This document shows, piece after piece, positions 33,175 through 34,311 of a DNA stretch of 34,311 nucleotides. Position numbers and translations under genes: made by a program. The notes beneath the pieces are model-generated. The model saw only the letters and a list, made by a program, of their open reading frames with translations. It ran no database searches and was not told the origin of the DNA. Numbering within the stretch: the first letter of the stretch is position 1; the number at the start of each line of letters is the position of its first letter. The DNA comes from a virus (taxonomy: Duplodnaviria; Caudoviricetes), in the IMG/VR virus record IMGVR_UViG_3300022177_000083, positions 1 through 34,311 of that record. One strand, 5' to 3'.

Positions 33175-34311
33175 CTAAACACCATCTATCCCCAGCCGGG
33201 AAAGGTCATTATCAATCTTACTTATAATCAGTTTAGCGTAGATACGTGTAGTTTTCGTATTACTGTGACCTAAGATGTGACTTACAGATTCAAGGGGCAT
33301 ACCTTTTGTAAGCATCATCGTTGCAAATGTATGCCTGGCAACTATTGTGCTTAACGGCTTTTCAATATCACATAACCTTGCAAGATCAGCAAGGTTGTCA
33401 TTCAAACGTTGATTGCTTTTTCTGGGAAAAACAAAGCCGGTGCCGGTTGAATGACGTTCAATTATTTCAAGTGCTTCGGGGAATAACGGTATAGCCTGAA
33501 TCTCACCTTCAACCTTCATCCGGCTTTTGACGATATACTTCTTGCTTTCAATTGTTGTAATATCATCAACGGATAAGTTGATTAGGTCAGCGTATTCCAT
33601 TCCCGTGTTACACATCATTAAAAACATATCACGGGTTATCTGGTACCTTTCCTTTTCTATAACCGTTTCCCGGATCTTCTTTATCTCAGCCCCGGTTAAA
33701 AATATTCGTCTTGTTGCATATGCCGGGATTTTGAAATGAATATAAGGGTTCTGCTTTAGTAATCCTTCCTGAACTGCACGTTTCAAATATTTCGAAATAG
33801 TCTTATGGTTTTTCGGTGTCGTTGTCTGTTGCATGGATTTCAACAGATAATTGTGATACTCCCGAATCATTTTAACATCACACTCAGAAAAATAGACGGT
33901 ACGAAATCTGTGAAAGTTCGTGACAACAGATTTTATTCGTCTGAAAGTTGAATACTTAATTGTAGGTCGGTCAATTTCAATTTGCCGGTCAAGATATTCA
34001 TTGAATGTTACCGCTTCCGGTATTTCATTCAATTTAGCCTTCAGGATTTCACCTGTTAGCGTTTCACCACTTGCCTGATACCTTGCTTCAATTTCGGCAA
34101 TTCTGCTTCCTAAAGCCCTTATTTTCTCATTCAGCGCAAGATGATCCTGGTGCCTGGTGCTTACCGCTTGTGCTTTTTCATCCCAGAATTTCGCTTCTAT
34201 CCTGATACGGGTTGAAATCCATACCCGGTCGTAGCGGGTAAAATATACTTCGTATTCAACAGGAGCTTTTCCATCCAGTTTTCTTCTGTTGAATAATAAT
34301 ATTGTCCTCAT
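33175..34311 (-). CDS. int: Prophage integrase (Bacteroidetes-type tyrosine recombinase)
   Basis: N-terminal arm-binding region, SAM-like core, KSNQRLN..L, ARHTFAT, LGHSNTKTTRIYAK. Confidence 0.9.
   Translation of the reverse strand: MRTILLFNRRKLDGKAPVEYEVYFTRYDRVWISTRIRIEAKFWDEKAQAVSTRHQDHLALNEKIRALGSRIAEIEARYQASGETLTGEILKAKLNEIPEAVTFNEYLDRQIEIDRPTIKYSTFRRIKSVVTNFHRFRTVYFSECDVKMIREYHNYLLKSMQQTTTPKNHKTISKYLKRAVQEGLLKQNPYIHFKIPAYATRRIFLTGAEIKKIRETVIEKERYQITRDMFLMMCNTGMEYADLINLSVDDITTIESKKYIVKSRMKVEGEIQAIPLFPEALEIIERHSTGTGFVFPRKSNQRLNDNLADLARLCDIEKPLSTIVARHTFATMMLTKGMPLESVSHILGHSNTKTTRIYAKLIISKIDNDLSRLGIDGV

Larger units (their letters stand above)
2021..34311 (-). mobile_element. HK97-type temperate prophage (siphovirus-like), right att beyond window edge
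   Basis: Ordered integrase, repressor/Cro, replication, terminase, portal, protease, capsid, head-tail, tail and lysis modules. Confidence 0.95.

Noticed and set aside
31-33739. Many short ORFs nested in or antisense to long genes
   Set aside because: Shadow frames of well-supported genes with no independent evidence

Overview
Bases 1-1329 are a host UDP-glucose 6-dehydrogenase gene. From a tRNA-3'-end att core at ~2021-2037 to the right edge, the window is a ~32 kb HK97-type (siphovirus-like, probably cos-packaging) prophage. The host is inferred to be Bacteroidetes from the TTTG-N19/20-TAnnTTTG promoters and the integrase type. Almost all phage genes lie on the minus strand. From right to left they are integrase, immunity switch, early/replication genes with an iteron origin, HNH, a second tyrosine recombinase, terminase, head, tail, a diversity-generating retroelement (DGR) and lysis genes. 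The DGR is clear: TR 5077-5184 and VR 5249-5356 differ at 20 of 108 positions, all at TR adenines. It has no avd gene, and its reverse transcriptase stops before the usual thumb region and runs in frame into a permuted papain-like (NlpC/P60) domain. Other oddities: an attP-like site with arm repeats on both sides of the core, a capsid protein with a hydrophobic N-terminal leader, duplicated tail-tube genes, a -1 frameshift signal, an attC-like cassette remnant, and several deletion or frameshift scars that suggest decay. All calls come from reading motifs by eye; no searches were run.
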